In this document: piece after piece, positions 13,061 through 26,073 of the stretch
How positions within the stretch are numbered: position 1 is the stretch's first letter
Layout: every line of letters starts with the position of its first letter
Source: Dendrobates tinctorius
Taxonomy: Eukaryota
Direction of reading: 5' to 3'
Assembly: GCF_039654945.1 (NCBI RefSeq)
Contig: NW_027361917.1
Location: forward strand, 4,650,001-4,714,000
Length of the DNA stretch: 64,000 nucleotides
Notes under the pieces: generated by a model
What the model saw: only the letters and a program-made list of their open reading frames with translations
Databases searched by the model: none
What the model was told of the DNA's origin: nothing
Translations under genes and position numbers: made by a program

Positions 13061-15597
13061 CTGCTCTTTCTTGTTAAAGGCTATGTTCTCACGATGAGCT
13101 TTTGATGTTACAGATTTTCTGAACCCATCAAGTAAATTAGGTTACATTTGTCGGAAATACTCAGAGCAAAAAACTCATTGTGTGAAAGTAGCCTTATTGT
13201 TAATGCATTGAAACATTGAAAGAAAAAAAAAAGAAGAAAAAATAAATATATATTGCGATAGTAGACTTAGGCTTTTAGAATTCCTATAGTTCTCCAATAA
13301 ATCGGTTGCATTTACAACTTCCTCTATGGGACAAATGAATAAAAAGAAGGTTTATAATACAAGGTGCAGTGAGTTTACAGTGTGATTCATTGTTCCGTTG
13401 GAATGCTACGCGCCATGACCGAACTTCCTGGGTGCAGGAAAAGTCCCTTGTGAGGTGGAAACTTGGATCACATTTCCACCTCTAATGGCATGATCCCGTC
13501 ATTAGCCATCTTTGCCTAATGAACACAAGGGAGCATCGGGGGCAGATGACCCCATGTCACTGCCTTTCATAGGAGCTGATATTATTACATCTTTCCTTGG
13601 TCCACAGCCCAGACCAGCATTATCCTCATTCGGCCGACCACATGTGCTTGTCACAGCCATTCCTAAACAGCAGATTCCAGTCCAAACTCATAATAAAGCT
13701 TTTACTTTACAGTATAAGCCTCAGTTTGTTATCACGGCACATAAAATTAGTAAGAATGAATAATAACAGGAACAGCAGATATTAAATGGAGCACTGGGCA
13801 AACATCACAATAAACAGCCAATTCATCATAGTATGCTCTAACTGAGCCAATACTGAGACCTTTATGTTCCAATTACTCGATCGTGAGTGAACTTTTCACA
13901 CTAGATAACACATGGTTCACTAGCACTTTACTACATTTATCTTTTACTATCTTTGAGGTTACATCATAGCTAGGAGACCATTCATACAAATAGTTTCCTT
14001 CCCAGGTCTGCTGACTGCTCTTGGAAACACAAAGCACAAATACCCACACTGGACCCCTGGAGCATCCAACTACTAATTTTTCATGCTGAACTGGGCACAT
14101 TGTGTAATACATGCTGCGGAGCAAAATAAAAAAAAATATATATTTTTTTAAATTTCACCTCTCCGTTACGGAGATATTAGCAATCAAAGTATCTGTCACC
14201 TAAACAGTTATTTTTTTTTAAGACTAAGTGGGCGTTACCAGAGAGATTTCACTGGGGGCGTGTATCTCTTCCTCTTTCTGATGCTGACCAATCATAAGCC
14301 CCCAGAATAGCTCAGAACAGGCTGCAAACATGAATTCACAAGCTGCTCTCCTCACTACGGTGTGATGACAGGGGCTCGAGCACAGCAGATCCGAGTGTGA
14401 TGAACTGACAGCTTTCACTTCTCATCTCTTGCAATCAGTTTGGGGGAGGGGCAGAACAGGAGTGTTGAGTCTCATTACAAACACTTTAAAAAAAAAAGAA
14501 GGTTTTCTTAAAAAACAAAAAAAAAACAAAACACAAAACATGAAAATATACTGTATTTGTTAGGCTATCAAACATTAAATTAAGATGGAGGTGTGAAATA
14601 GTGTAAAAGCGTGGCTTAGGCTGGTCATACACTTTAGATAACTTGTTCGATTGACCGCTATTCCACTCACCCCTTTCCTTTCCTACACATATATGACTCT
14701 GTTCTTCCGGTTTAGATCCTCAGGAGGGCTGGTCTTGTTATAGATCCTATATCTTAGTGACTTTTTGTGACCAACAGTAGGAAGGACAGTGTCGACCATC
14801 TTTTGCTGAAACTGAGGTGCTGCATACCACCTTGGGCCAAGCCACCTCTTTCCACCCACCTATCCTCATTTTGAATGATTATAATGCAGCCTAACAATGT
14901 TTGCTTTATCAGCAAATGAACTATTGTTTAAACAGGTCCTTCTGCTAAATATATATATTTTTCAAACATTTTTGTAAATTGTTTAACGTATCACAATCTG
15001 CATTAAAAATAAAAATGAGAAATCTTGCAATTTTCACAGTGGCCTCTGGGGGTCAGCTGTGAAACTGCATGTTGCGATTGGTGGATCCAGTAGCAGGTGT
15101 TACCTGCCATTGTAATCTTGCCTCTGATGATAATGAGCCTGCTGAAAGCCATTTTTGAAAAGACAGGAAGTCAGAGTCTAAAACAGTCCCAGGGAAGTTT
15201 ACAAGTGTGTTTTTTTTTCTAACAAAAATTGTGATCTAAAATAAAAAAAAAAAAATTGGCAATTTTTTTTTTTTTAAATGCAATACAAACAATAAAATTT
15301 TATGTCATTTTCATGAAATGGGTAGTTATATAAAAATTGACTGGGCTTATTCAGAGAAAGGAATTGGGTCTAAAGTTGGTTGTGGACTCTCTTTTAAAAT
15401 GTGAATACTTTGGCCATATTTTTACATTGGCCTACATTTATTTTTCTCAGATATTAGTAAAATTAATGCTAAAGCTAAATGAGAAATCTAGTGCTGCATA
15501 ATACATAGAATATGCACAAAAAACTCTTAAAAAGGGCTGTCTAACAAGAGACTATCGCTTCAAACGGAAGCTTCTAGGGGCAGGGCCGCCATCAAGG

Positions 15598-15743
15598 CAT
15601 AGAATCATAGAATCGTAGAGTTGGAAGGGACCACCTGGGCCATCTGGTCCAACCCCTTGCTCAAAGCAGGATTCGCTAAATCATCCCAGACAGATAGACG
15701 TCCAGCCTCTGTTTGAAGACTTCTATTGAAGAACTCACCACCA
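15598..15743 (-). mobile_element. 5'-truncated CR1 LINE 3' end nested inside the hAT left terminus
   Basis: (CATAGAAT)2 is the reverse complement of the CR1 ATTCTATG tail, followed by the typical ttggaagggacc...tccaacccc 3' segment. Confidence 0.8.
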
Positions 15744-16109
15744 CCCTGACTGGCGTATGGGGCCCGGTGGGCAGAGAGGGCATTGTCTCATCTGCTCACC
15801 GGGCCCCTAACGGCAGGCTAAACCGGGCCCCTAGCAGCGCTGCGGCAGCTGAATGCTATTGACATGCGGTCCCTTCAGCCCGCACGTCAATAGTTAACAG
15901 CTGCCAGTCAATTGGAGGCTGGCAGCTGACGTCAGCCACAGCGCACACATCACCGGAGTCTGATGTCACTGTCAGTCGCCGGTTAGTGCGCGCTTCAGCT
16001 GCGTGGAGGGAGTGTCGCCGCTGGAGCGCAGCCAGGTAAGAAGAACTTGTTTTTGTTTTTTTTTTAAATTGAAAGCGGCGATCCGGGGGGCCCGGGGCAG
16101 ACTGTGAGA

Positions 16110-17160
16110 CACAGGGGCAGAATGCTGGACATGATGGGGGAAGAAGGCAGAATGCAAACATGATAGGGGCAGAATGCAGACATGATGGGGGCAGAATGCT
16201 GGACATGATGGGGCAAAATGCTGGACGTTATGGGGGCAGAATACAAGACATGATGGGGGCAGAATACAAGACATGATGGGGGCAGAATACAAGACATGAT
16301 GGGGGCAGAATGCTGGACATGATGGGGGCAGAATGCAAACATGATGGGGGCAGAGTGCTGGACATGGCAGCAGATTGCAGACATGGGAGCAGAATACAGA
16401 CATGATGGGGCAGAATGTTGGACATGATGGGGGCAAAATGTTGGACATGATTGGGACAGAATACAAGACATGATGGGGCAGAATACAAGACATGATGGGG
16501 ACAGAATGCTGGACATGGGGGAAGAATGCAGACATGGGAGCAGAATGCAGACATGGGAGCAGAATGCAGACATGGGAGCAGAATGCAGACATGGGAGCAG
16601 AATGCAGACATGATGGGGGCAGAATGCTGGACATGGCGGCAGATTGCAGACATGGGAGCAGAATGCAGACATGATGGGGGCAGAATGTTGGACATGATGG
16701 GGGCAAAATGTTGGACATGATTGGGACAGAATACAAGACATGATGGGGACAGAATGCTGGACATGGGGGAAGAATGCAAGACATGATGGGGGCAGAATAC
16801 AAGACATGATGGGGGCAGAATGCGAGACATGGTGGGGGCAGAATGCTGGACATGGGTACAGATTGCAGACACGGGGGCAGAATACAAGACATGATGGGGC
16901 AGAATGCTGGACATGGGGGAAAAATGCAGACATGATGGGGGCAGAACGCAAGACATGATGGGGCAGAATGCAAGACATGATGGGGGCAGAATGCGAGACA
17001 TGGGGGCAGAATGTGACAGTGAGACACAGGAGTGGGCAGAATGTGACAGTGAGACCCAGGAGGGGGCAGAATGTGAGACACAGGAGGGGGCAGGATCATG
17101 GGGCAGAATGGATACGATGGAGACAGATGGGGAGATCATATGGGGCAGAATGGATACTCA
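16110..17160. repeat. G-rich 20-25-bp minisatellite (gggggcagaatgctggacatgat variants)
   Basis: Direct tandem array; source of the Cys/Pro/His-rich ORFs at 15856-17249. Confidence 0.92.
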
Positions 17161-18840
17161 TGAGGGCGGAATGGGAGAACATATGGCTGAAGAAAGGAAT
17201 GAGACACACGGAAAGCCAGGATGGGGAATATTATTACCATAGGGGCTAAATAAGGGATATTATTACTGTTTTATTTTATTTTTGAGTATACTGTTTTAAA
17301 TGGGGCGGCGGTCCTGTTACTCTGTAGATTGATACTATGTTGCCTTTTTTTCTTCATGTGATGTAATGTAGAAGTTGGGAAAAAAATAAGTAATGTGTTC
17401 TGCAAGCGGAGCTCTAGATAAATGTGTTATTTCCTACAGAGACGAGCCCTGGCAGGAAGAAGTGATGGTGGTCTGTGCTGAATGAAAGATGAAAAGCAAA
17501 GATGAAGGACTTCACCTAGAGACATCACTGGTGAGTTAGTGTGTTACCTATACATTGACACTATACACTGTATACCATATACAGAGGTCCTGTGTATAAT
17601 GTCACCAGTGATCAGTGTATTACCTGTACATTATATACAGAGCTCCTGTGTATAATGTCACTGATCACTGTATTACCTGTACACAGACACTGCATACTAA
17701 ATACAGATCTCCTGTGTATAATGGCACTTATGGTGATAGTATTGTGTTTTTTTATTACTGATCAGTATTGTAGTATTCAGTCACTGTGGTGGTAATATGA
17801 GGTCTGGACATGGTGTTGCAGTATTTGTCCCTTGCATGTGCTATTATTTGGTCACTTTGTGGTGGTAATATGTGGTCTGGTCATGGTGTGGTGGTATTTG
17901 TTCCTTGTATGTGATATTATTCAGTCACTATGGTAGTAATATGCGGTCTGGTCATGGTGTGCTGGTATTTGTTCCTTGTACGTGATATTATTCGGTCACT
18001 GTGGTAGTATAAGGTGGTCTGGTCATGGTGTGGTGGTATTTGTCCCTTGTATGTGGTATTATAAGTCACTATGTGGTGGTAATATGTGGTCTGGACATGG
18101 TGCGGTGGTATTTGTCCCTTGTATGTGATATTATTGGTCATTTTAAAAATTGAAAAATAAAAATATACCTAAATTGTACTGCATATTTTAACAAATATTT
18201 AATAGGTTAGCGTAGAGTAGAGCTCGGCCACAAGTGTCTACCGTGTTATGGTGGCGGCTTAAAAAATCTTTTGGCCAAAACAAAAGCTGCCGGCTATATG
18301 TGTGATCTGGTGTTGGGAACTGCTAATGTGTGATTGGTGAGAAGTGGAGTTTTTCCAAGAGAGGGCGGTGGAACTGTGGACAGTTGGAGGGGTGAGGCGA
18401 GGCTGGGGTGGAGCCTGGGCGGAGTCTAAAGTGGGCCCCGAAAATGTTGCCAGTATGGGGACCCAAAATTCCTAGTGGCAGCCCTGTCTAGGGGAATCAG
18501 GTGTTTGCCCGAGACTTGTTGACAGGAGATGATTTCAAGGAAGTTGCAGGCAGCTGCACATTTCCCCTGCAGTGGCCTCTAGAGGGATCTGTGGTATTAC
18601 ATGGCAGCCATTTAAATGCATGGCCACCCTTGTCCTACAAGAATGGATCAAGTCCTCCAGAACTTATCTTACAGATCAGTTCTCCTTGCCACCCTTTTAG
18701 ATTAGAAATACTACATGTATAGTTTTCAAAATGAAAAGTAGCTGTCATTTATATTATAAAAAATAAATGAGAAAAAATGGACTTATTTGTCATGTATGTG
18801 GGGTCTGAATATACCATAGGTAGATCCCCATTTATCTTAC

Positions 18841-18913
18841 CTGCTGATGCAGTAAAAAGCGACAAGCCTAAAAACATCCGCAAAGCTGATTCCAGATCCT
18901 TCCAAGGAAAAAG
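18841..18913 (-). CDS. RIN2: RIN2 coding exon (SH2: FSLEGSGISFADVFRLVAFYCIS-R)
   Basis: 73 bp, acceptor tctccccag and donor AG|gtaaga, phase 1 to 2. Close match to the RIN2 SH2 sequence. Confidence 0.95.
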
Positions 18914-19511
18914 CTGGGGAGACAAAAGATAATGGACACCATATAAGACCACAAACAAGACGAGGTTAAATCAGATCCTGGTGTTTTTCCGCAGAGAGTA
19001 AGCAGTAATGTTTTGCAACTATCAAACAAAGCAGTGTTCTCCTAATTGAAAACAACTGGGCCGCGCGCCTTTCTTTGCCAACAGAGTAATTCAGCTAAAT
19101 ATAAGGAGCCGGGAATTTATGTCCCTTTTCCTCATTCCTGGAACATTCACTCATCCTTGAGAAATGGGTCAAAACAGATCAGAGTTGCACAATGAAGACG
19201 TTAAAAAACAAAACAAAGGACTCACATGATCCTCAATTCAGTCTGACTGTGTCCAAACAATTGTGGGGCTGGCAGAGTTCTGCAGTAGTATTGGGGCCAC
19301 TTCACACAGGATGTTTACTGGTGTGATCACGGCAGACAGATGTGCCATATTAGCAAATGGGAGGTTAGGAAATTTGCATTTAGACAGCTACATTTTTTCC
19401 GTTCTCTTGCTTGTATTTCCTCACTAACTCCAATGGCAAAAAAACTCAATCAAGATCATAACAAAATAGATGTAAAAAGAAATAATAAACAAATATATTT
19501 ATGCAAAAGAA

Positions 19512-20070
19512 TGCTCGTTCCATGCTCTCTCGGCTCGCTCCATACTCTCTCAGCATGCTCCATGCTCTCTCGGCTCGCTCCATTCTCTCTCAGCATGCTC
19601 CATGTTCTCTCAGCTCGCTCCATGCTCTCTCAGCATGCTCCATGGTCTCTCAGCTCGCTCCATGCTCTCTCAGCATGCTCCATGCTCTCTCAGCTCGCTC
19701 CATGCTCTCTCAGCAAGCTCCATGGTCTCGCAGCTCGCTCCATGCTCTCGCAGCACGCTCCATGCTCTCTCAGCTCGCTCCATGCTCTCTCAGCATGCTC
19801 CATGCTCTCTCAGCTCGCTCCATGGTCTCTCAGCATGCTCCATGCTCTCTCGGCTCGCTCCATGCTCTCTCGGCTCGCTCCATGCTCTCTCGGCTCGCTC
19901 CATGCTCTCTCAGCATGCTCCATGGTCTCTCAGCTCGCTCCATGCTCTCTCAGCATGCTCCATGCTCTCTCAGCTCGCTCCATGCTCTCTCAGCATGCTC
20001 CATGCTCTCTCAGCTCGCTCCATGCTCTCTCAGCTCGCTCCATGCTCTTTCAGCTCCCTCCATGCTCTCA
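19512..20070. repeat. 20-bp minisatellite, about 28 copies
   Basis: Unit catgctctctcagctcgctc alternating with catgctctctcagcatgctc. Confidence 0.95.
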
Positions 20071-20190
20071 TGTCTGATGGATCTTAGCATACAACATCAT
20101 CCGATAATAGATAATATTGTAACAAGAGGTCATACAAAGGGTTTAATTTCTACCATGTAAAAGTGTCTATTTGCAAATATAGAAAGCTAT

Positions 20191-20444
20191 GGGGCAGCAC
20201 GGTGGCTCACTGGTTAGCACTGTGTCTTTCCAGTGCTGGGGTTCTGGGTTCAATCACACCAAGGACAACATCTACAATTAGTATGTACGGTATGTTCTCT
20301 GTGGGATTCCTACAAGTTCTCAGGATTCCTTCCACACTCCGAAGACATAATGATAGGGAATCTAAATAGTTATGGGGACAAAGCCAATAATGCCTGTAAA
20401 GCGCTGTGGAATTAATGGTGCTATATTAGTGAGTAAAATAAATA
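20191..20444 (+). mobile_element. tRNA-derived SINE
   Basis: A-box-like ggtggctcactggttagc, B-box-like gggttcaatc, and L2-like tail tgtaaagcgctgtggaattaatggtgctatat...aaataaataa. Confidence 0.75.
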
Positions 20445-20520
20445 ACTATGGAGTCCTTGGTTGGATACTCCAGGGCTGCAAACAAATCTTCTAATTAGAG
20501 ATAGACTATTTCCAATGCTA

Positions 20521-20815
20521 CAGTGGGTGCGGAAAGTATTCAGACCCCTTTAAATGTTTCACTCTTTGTTTCATTGCAGCCATTTGGTAAATTCAAAAAC
20601 GTTCATTTTTTTTCTCATTAATGTACACTCTGCACCCCATCATGACTGAAAACAAAACAGAAATGTAGAAATTTTTGCAAATTTATGAAAAAAGAAAAAT
20701 TGAAATACCACATGGTCATAAGTATTCAGACCCTTTGCTCAGTATTCAGTAGAAGCACCTTTTGAGCTAGTACAGCCATGAGTCTTCTCGGGAATGATGC
20801 AACACGATTTTCACA
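20521..20815. mobile_element. Solo Tc1 terminal inverted repeat (IR/DR type)
   Basis: TA-cagtgggtgcggaaagtattcagaccc with the direct repeat aagtattcagaccc recurring about 185 bp inside; no partner end found. Confidence 0.75.
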
Positions 20816-21155
20816 GTTGTATTTCCTTGTTATGAAAATTAAGTTAATAAAAAAATCCCATTTCCACTGATTTTCAGCCCTGCTACAAAATTACCTGCTT
20901 ATATATTTTCATTGATCTTCTTGTTAGTTCAGGAGAAAAAGAGTTAACAAGTACAAGGCAGCAGAGATCACTCTGTTATGCTGATTGAATTATAAGAGCA
21001 GACTGGTTGCTTTACAAGGGGGCTGGTTCTAGAAATCATTATCTTCTTTGCTAATCATGTTACAGTACCTCCAAGGAAATACATGCAGTCATTATTGGTT
21101 TGCATCAAAAGGGCTTTACAGGCGAGGACATTGCTGCTTGTCAGATTACCCTTAA

Positions 21156-21880
21156 GGCTACTTTCACACATCCGGTGTGTGGGGTCCGGCGGCGTGCGGC
21201 AAAAAGCCGGGCCGCCGGATCCGGCCTGCAGCCGTGACACCGGATGTGTGTGCGGCGAGAGATACGGCTCGGACATTATTTAAAGGAGCCGCAGGACGAG
21301 GTGGACAGAGGCAGCCGATGAGAGACAGCTGCTGAAAGGGAGGTGAGGGGAGGGGAGGGGAGGAGAGGATAGGAGAGGGGAGGGGAGGGGAGGGGGGAGG
21401 GGAGAGGGGGGTGGAGAGAGAGAGACATGGGGGGTTAACACTTAGTGTCCAGGTGAGAGAATCTCTCTCTCTTGCCGGGCACTTGTGGGGTTAACCCCAC
21501 AGAGAGATCTCTCTCTCTCACCCAGACACTGAGTGTTAACCCCACAAGTGCCCGGCGAGAGAGATCTCTCACAAGTGTCCGGGTGACAGAGAGAGGTCTC
21601 TCTCTCTCTCGCCGGGCACTTGTGGGGTTAACATTCACAGAGTCCGGGCATGCGCTGTGGAAAAAGCCGGTCTGGCGCTGACAAAAAACGTTGCAGGGAA
21701 CGGTTTTTGCAGATGCCGGACGGCTAATTTATGCCGTGTCCGGCAACAACGCATAACCATCCGGCACGATGCGGCGACCATGAAAGCTTATGGGACAAAA
21801 CCGGATCGGTGCTGGATCCCGTTATTAAAAATTTCGCCGCATCGTGCCGGATTACAAAAACCGGATGTGTGAAAGAGGCC
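21156..21880. mobile_element. PIF/Harbinger-type MITE
   Basis: TIRs ggctactttcacacatccgg / ccggatgtgtgaaagaggcc with TAA TSD. Confidence 0.88.
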
Positions 21881-22014
21881 TAAATAAACCAATTATCAGA
21901 TCATCAAGTACTTCAGAGAGAGAGGTTCAGTTTCTATTATGAAGTCTTCAAAGTTCGAAGAAAGTCCAGCAAGTGCAAGAACTGTGTACTAATGAGAATT
22001 TAGCAATTGTGCAG

Positions 22015-22510
22015 AGCTTGTTGAAGGAAGTATTCCGAAACGCACGTCGGGGTGCGCGTTAAAGGGGCGTGGTGACCCTTAAAGGTACATGACCAATTTT
22101 ATGCATTCCTCCACTATTGTATTGCACTTTATATAAAAGTCACTGTGGCCTTTTTTCACATGATATGATAGCACATGGTTGTTTCTTTGCACAATGCACA
22201 CTGCACTATATATGGCAGTGATTTATTAACTTACTATTGGTTCAATTGACATATAATTTATTCATGCACATGCACTTTTTGCTTACAATATATAATTTTT
22301 AAGCAAAGTTTTTTCACCTTTTAATATATGAGGAATACATATTAGAGAATGGTATATATAATTGGGTCCAATTTTTATTATTTTACAAATTTGTGTAAAA
22401 CTGTCCCCCAACGTGCACATTGTTTTTAATTGGTTTTTATAGGAAACCACCGATATAATAAAGATTAGTGATTAATTATACCCTGTCTGGTCTTTTCTGG
22501 TTGATAGGTC
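22015..22510 (+). mobile_element. Penelope-like pseudo-LTR fragment with degenerate hammerhead motif
   Basis: ttgttga-a-ggaa(gta)ttcc-gaaac-gcac-gtc followed by a T-rich body and aataaa; core mutated. Confidence 0.5.
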
Positions 22511-22609
22511 TTATGGTTGGTTGCTGTGTCATTGCATATGCATGTATAGTGAGACCAAGGCTTTTGGAGACTGCCTGGTGTCAAGAAGGGCGAGATAGAA
22601 GCCACTTAA

Positions 22610-22750
22610 AGGAAACCTGTCACCAGGTTTGCCCGATACGAGTTACGGCCACAGCCTTTCAGGGCTGATATACAGCATTTTATATACAGTATCAGCCCTG
22701 AAAGGCGGAGGCCGTAAGTCGTATCGGCCAAACCTGGTGACAGGTTTCCT
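22610..22750. mobile_element. Kolobok/T2-type palindromic MITE
   Basis: TTAA-aggaaacctgtcaccagg...cctggtgacaggtttcct-TTA(A); the right TSD is split by a Harbinger MITE. Confidence 0.85.
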
Positions 22751-22753
22751 TTA

Positions 22754-23220
22754 GGCCTCTTTCACACTTCAGTTTTTTTGTGTCAGTTAAAATCCGCCAA
22801 AAAGGTGGACAAGCGGATCCGTTCCTAACTGATGTGAACGGATGCCACAGGATCCGTTTTTTGACGGATCCGCAGAATGAGGAAATTTAAAGGAATCGCT
22901 GGCGAGAGAGAGAGAGATATTGATTGATTTTTTTTGTCCGGCACCCAGACAGAATTTCGGGTTAAATCAGTGTCTGGAGGATCCGCCGCCCAAAAAAAGT
23001 TGCAAGCTCCGTTTGGAAATCTTTGAGGACGTTGACGGACACCAACATTTTGGCGGATCCTCACCAAAACGGATGCAACGGACGACAATCCGTCAAGATC
23101 CGCCAATAATAAAAGTCAATGGGGAAAAAAACGGATCCGCAAACAAAACTGGCGGATCCGTTTTTTTACAAAATTGGCGGATCTTGACTGAGTGTCAAAA
23201 ACGGAAGTGTGAAAGAGGCC
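22754..23220. mobile_element. PIF/Harbinger-type MITE
   Basis: Perfect TIR ggcctctttcacacttc / gaagtgtgaaagaggcc with TTA TSD. Confidence 0.9.
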
Positions 23221-23569
23221 TTAACTTCAAGGAAACATCAAGGACAATCTGAAATTCTGCAGAAGTACAGGGATTGGACTGCAGAAGACTGGAGTAAAGT
23301 TACTTTCTTTGATGAAGTTCCCGTCTTACTTTTTTGGACATCTGGATGAATACCTGTCAGGAGAAGGTGTCTGCTACTATGAGTGCTGTGTCACACAAAT
23401 AGTAAAGTATCCTGAGTCCAATTATGGTTGTGGCTCCTTTTCTTTCAAGGGAGTGTGCACACACATGTCACATATTGCATCTTCATACAGCTATGGAGAC
23501 AATTTCAAATGCTAGGTATTACAGCACGCTACCAGGTAGTACTCCAAGCCTTCTCCACCCTTTACTTAA

Positions 23570-23935
23570 AGGGGTTGTCAGGTCAAAATTGATGTCTGCA
23601 GTCACTCTGTGCAACTGCAGATTTATTAATCCAACCTGCACACGCACTGTGGGGTTTCGCCGATTTCTGAGCCAGGGTCGGAGGTTATGTGTGAGTCATA
23701 TGTGCTCTCGGCCAGTGGGCGTGGCCTCACTCCATTCACTTGTATGGAGCGAGGCCGGGTATGGAGAAAGGCCACGCCCACTGGCCGGGAGTATGTATAA
23801 CTCATACAGACCCTCCGGTCCCGGCTCAGAATCCAGCGAATCCCTGCAGTGTACAGTGCGAGCGCTGGGGGAACTCGTAAGTCTGCAGACACACAGAGTG
23901 ACTGCAGACTTATCAGGTTGGAGCTGACAACCCCT
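23570..23935. mobile_element. Kolobok/T2-type palindromic MITE
   Basis: TTAA-aggggttgtcag...ctgacaacccct-TTAA; almost entirely an inverted repeat. Confidence 0.9.
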
Positions 23936-25434
23936 TTAAGCTGACAAATATTACATATCGTTTGCATACTCCTAAAGTACTGAAGCTGCTTTATGTTGAT
24001 GGAAAACAAAACCTTATATGATCTCACCGTGTCAGTCAGATAGGTACAATGCAAACACCAGTACATCAGCGTGTAGGCACCATTGTTATTTTATACTATG
24101 CATACACCAGTCAAGCTGGGGCACGTAGACCCAGGAATCACAGCTTTACTATGCCAGGTTTAGATATTCGCTGATGACTGTTCAATATTTAGCTGTGTGT
24201 GGGCAGAACCTAAAAGACACATCAGAGAAAATCTCATCTGAGGCATGTTCGTAGGAGGAAAAACTGTTCTCAGCAGAAAGCGCCTCTGGTTCAGAGACAA
24301 AAAGATGCCAGACAGTGAAAACCACACCCAACCTGTGCCGGCAAGGCTTAATAAAAAATACTACTACGTTCACATATGCATAGTATTCTCTGCTGCACAT
24401 TCAGCCAAAAACAGACAGATCTGAATAAAGCTCTAACATTACCCAGGTAGAGAGGTCTGACGTTTAGGATTAATGTTACCCTCCTAGGGTCAAATTCACT
24501 AAACACGATACCTATACATTAGGAGATCTTATTTTATGCCTTACAACTTGCCATATACAATTCTCCGACATTTAAAGGGAACCTCTTGGATCATTTTGCC
24601 CCAATATACTGCACCCAATGCCGAATAGGACATGTAAGGTGCATCCTCAACATGTTTCTGTAACGCTAAACGTCCGAGTATAACAGTTAGAAAACACTAT
24701 GAAGTGTTCGCCACTTTCTATGTAAAGGATGGCGCTGTATATTGGCTCAGTCGTGCTCCTCTGCCCAGTACTGACAGCCACCACAGTCTGATTGTTGGGC
24801 TGGACTACCCCGACTGATGACGCTCTTTGACGAAATCCCGGCCTTGCGCGCTAACAGCCAGCTCCACAGGCATGAGCATTGAAGCTGGGTGTATGGCTTC
24901 CACAACACAAGAAGATAGAAAATGGAGCTGGTTGTGCATGCCCGTATAGCTAGCTGAGATCTCATCTCCCAAGATCTTGATGCCGAGATCTCCATCTGCG
25001 CATGCGCCGCCCCCGGCAGCCATTTTCCTGGAGTCCACTGCACAGGAAACTATGGAACTGTCGGGTGCTCTGGCTTTTCACAAAATGTCAGCAGAGCCCC
25101 CCTGCAGCCCCGCAGCATCGGAGACCCCAGCAGCACCGCCGGACACCCCCTCATCCCAGCCTGCAGCAATGGTACAGGTAAGGTACCGTATATACGCATT
25201 ATAAGACGCACCCTCATTTCCCCCCCAAATTTAGGGGGAAAAAGTGCATCTTATAATCTGTAAAATATGGTAATATTTCATAGGTTTATATGCTTTTTTC
25301 AGTGTCCTAACTTTTAGAAATCTGATGGCTCGTAAAAACATGCTGCATAACAAATAAAGAAACGTTTGGCTTTAAAAAAAAAACAAAACATCAGCAATTG
25401 ATATTTAGGAGGATAAATGAAAGGTTTCACTCAC

Positions 25435-25546
25435 TGTATGAACTTTCCCTAATCACAAATTCTTGGAACCAAGACCCAAACTCTTCTGGAACCCGAAGTG
25501 AGATGACTTTCTTCTGGAGGGCTGAAGACTTCCGCACCAAAAATGT
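25435..25546 (-). CDS. RIN2: RIN2 coding exon (SH2: TFLVRKSSALQKKVISLRVPEEFGSWFQEFVIRESSY)
   Basis: 112 bp, acceptor ccctaacag and donor A|gtgagt, phase 0 to 1. SH2 FLVR signature. Confidence 0.95.
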
Positions 25547-25741
25547 CTGTTAGGGAGCAAATGCACCAACATGGCGATTAATGTACGATACACATGAAAA
25601 GCTATAACACATCTAATATTCTGTATATGTCTGTAATATGGAGAGAGCGATGTGCATGCTATTCTTTTACTCTACTGTCCTTCCTGAGCTCAGATCTTCA
25701 GCTCTTTGATAAATACAACTCATTTTCTATCCATGATCAAA

Positions 25742-26073
25742 AGGGAAATTTCTATATCCAAGATGCTATCCCAATATGTAGTAGGTGTAATAAAAATAAT
25801 ACTAGCAAATTCCTCCATTCAGAAATGTAGTATAGTTTTTCTGATTCACTGTGTCGCTTTCCTCATGTGCAGGCATTGCAGGACTTTAGGTATCCATGGT
25901 TACGGCCACTAGCTGTCACTATATCAGTGGTCATAACCATGGATACCTAAGGTCCTGCAAATGACATAGCGAATCAGAAAAACTATATTACTTTTCTAAT
26001 TGGAGGTATTTGCTAATATTATTATTTCACCCACTACATATTGGGATAGGATCTTGGCGATGGGAATACCCCT
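25742..26073. mobile_element. Kolobok/T2-type palindromic MITE
   Basis: Long inverted arms around tatccatggttacggccact / agtggtcataaccatggata; right end acccct-TTAA. Confidence 0.75.

Larger units (their letters stand above)
15581..18486. mobile_element. Non-autonomous hAT element with internal minisatellites
   Basis: TIRs cagggccgcca / tggcagccctg and exact 8-bp TSD tctagggg (15573-15580, 18487-18494). Confidence 0.9.
20860..23480 (+). mobile_element. Old Tc1 transposase fossil interrupted by at least four younger insertions
   Basis: Collinear fragments TSKEIHAVIIGLHQKGFTGEDIA (about 21070), QIIKYFRERGS (about 21900) and DWTAEDWSKVTFFDE (about 23270). Confidence 0.78.

Noticed and set aside
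15856-17249. Long Cys/Pro/His-rich ORFs in several frames
   Set aside because: They are translations of a minisatellite inside a hAT element and are open in multiple frames.
19340-20160. Three overlapping Ser/Leu-rich ORFs
   Set aside because: Artefact of a 20-bp tandem repeat lacking stop codons.
24814-24840. CTGATGA...GAAA hammerhead-like spacing
   Set aside because: No stem II or stem III pairing and no suitably placed NUH.
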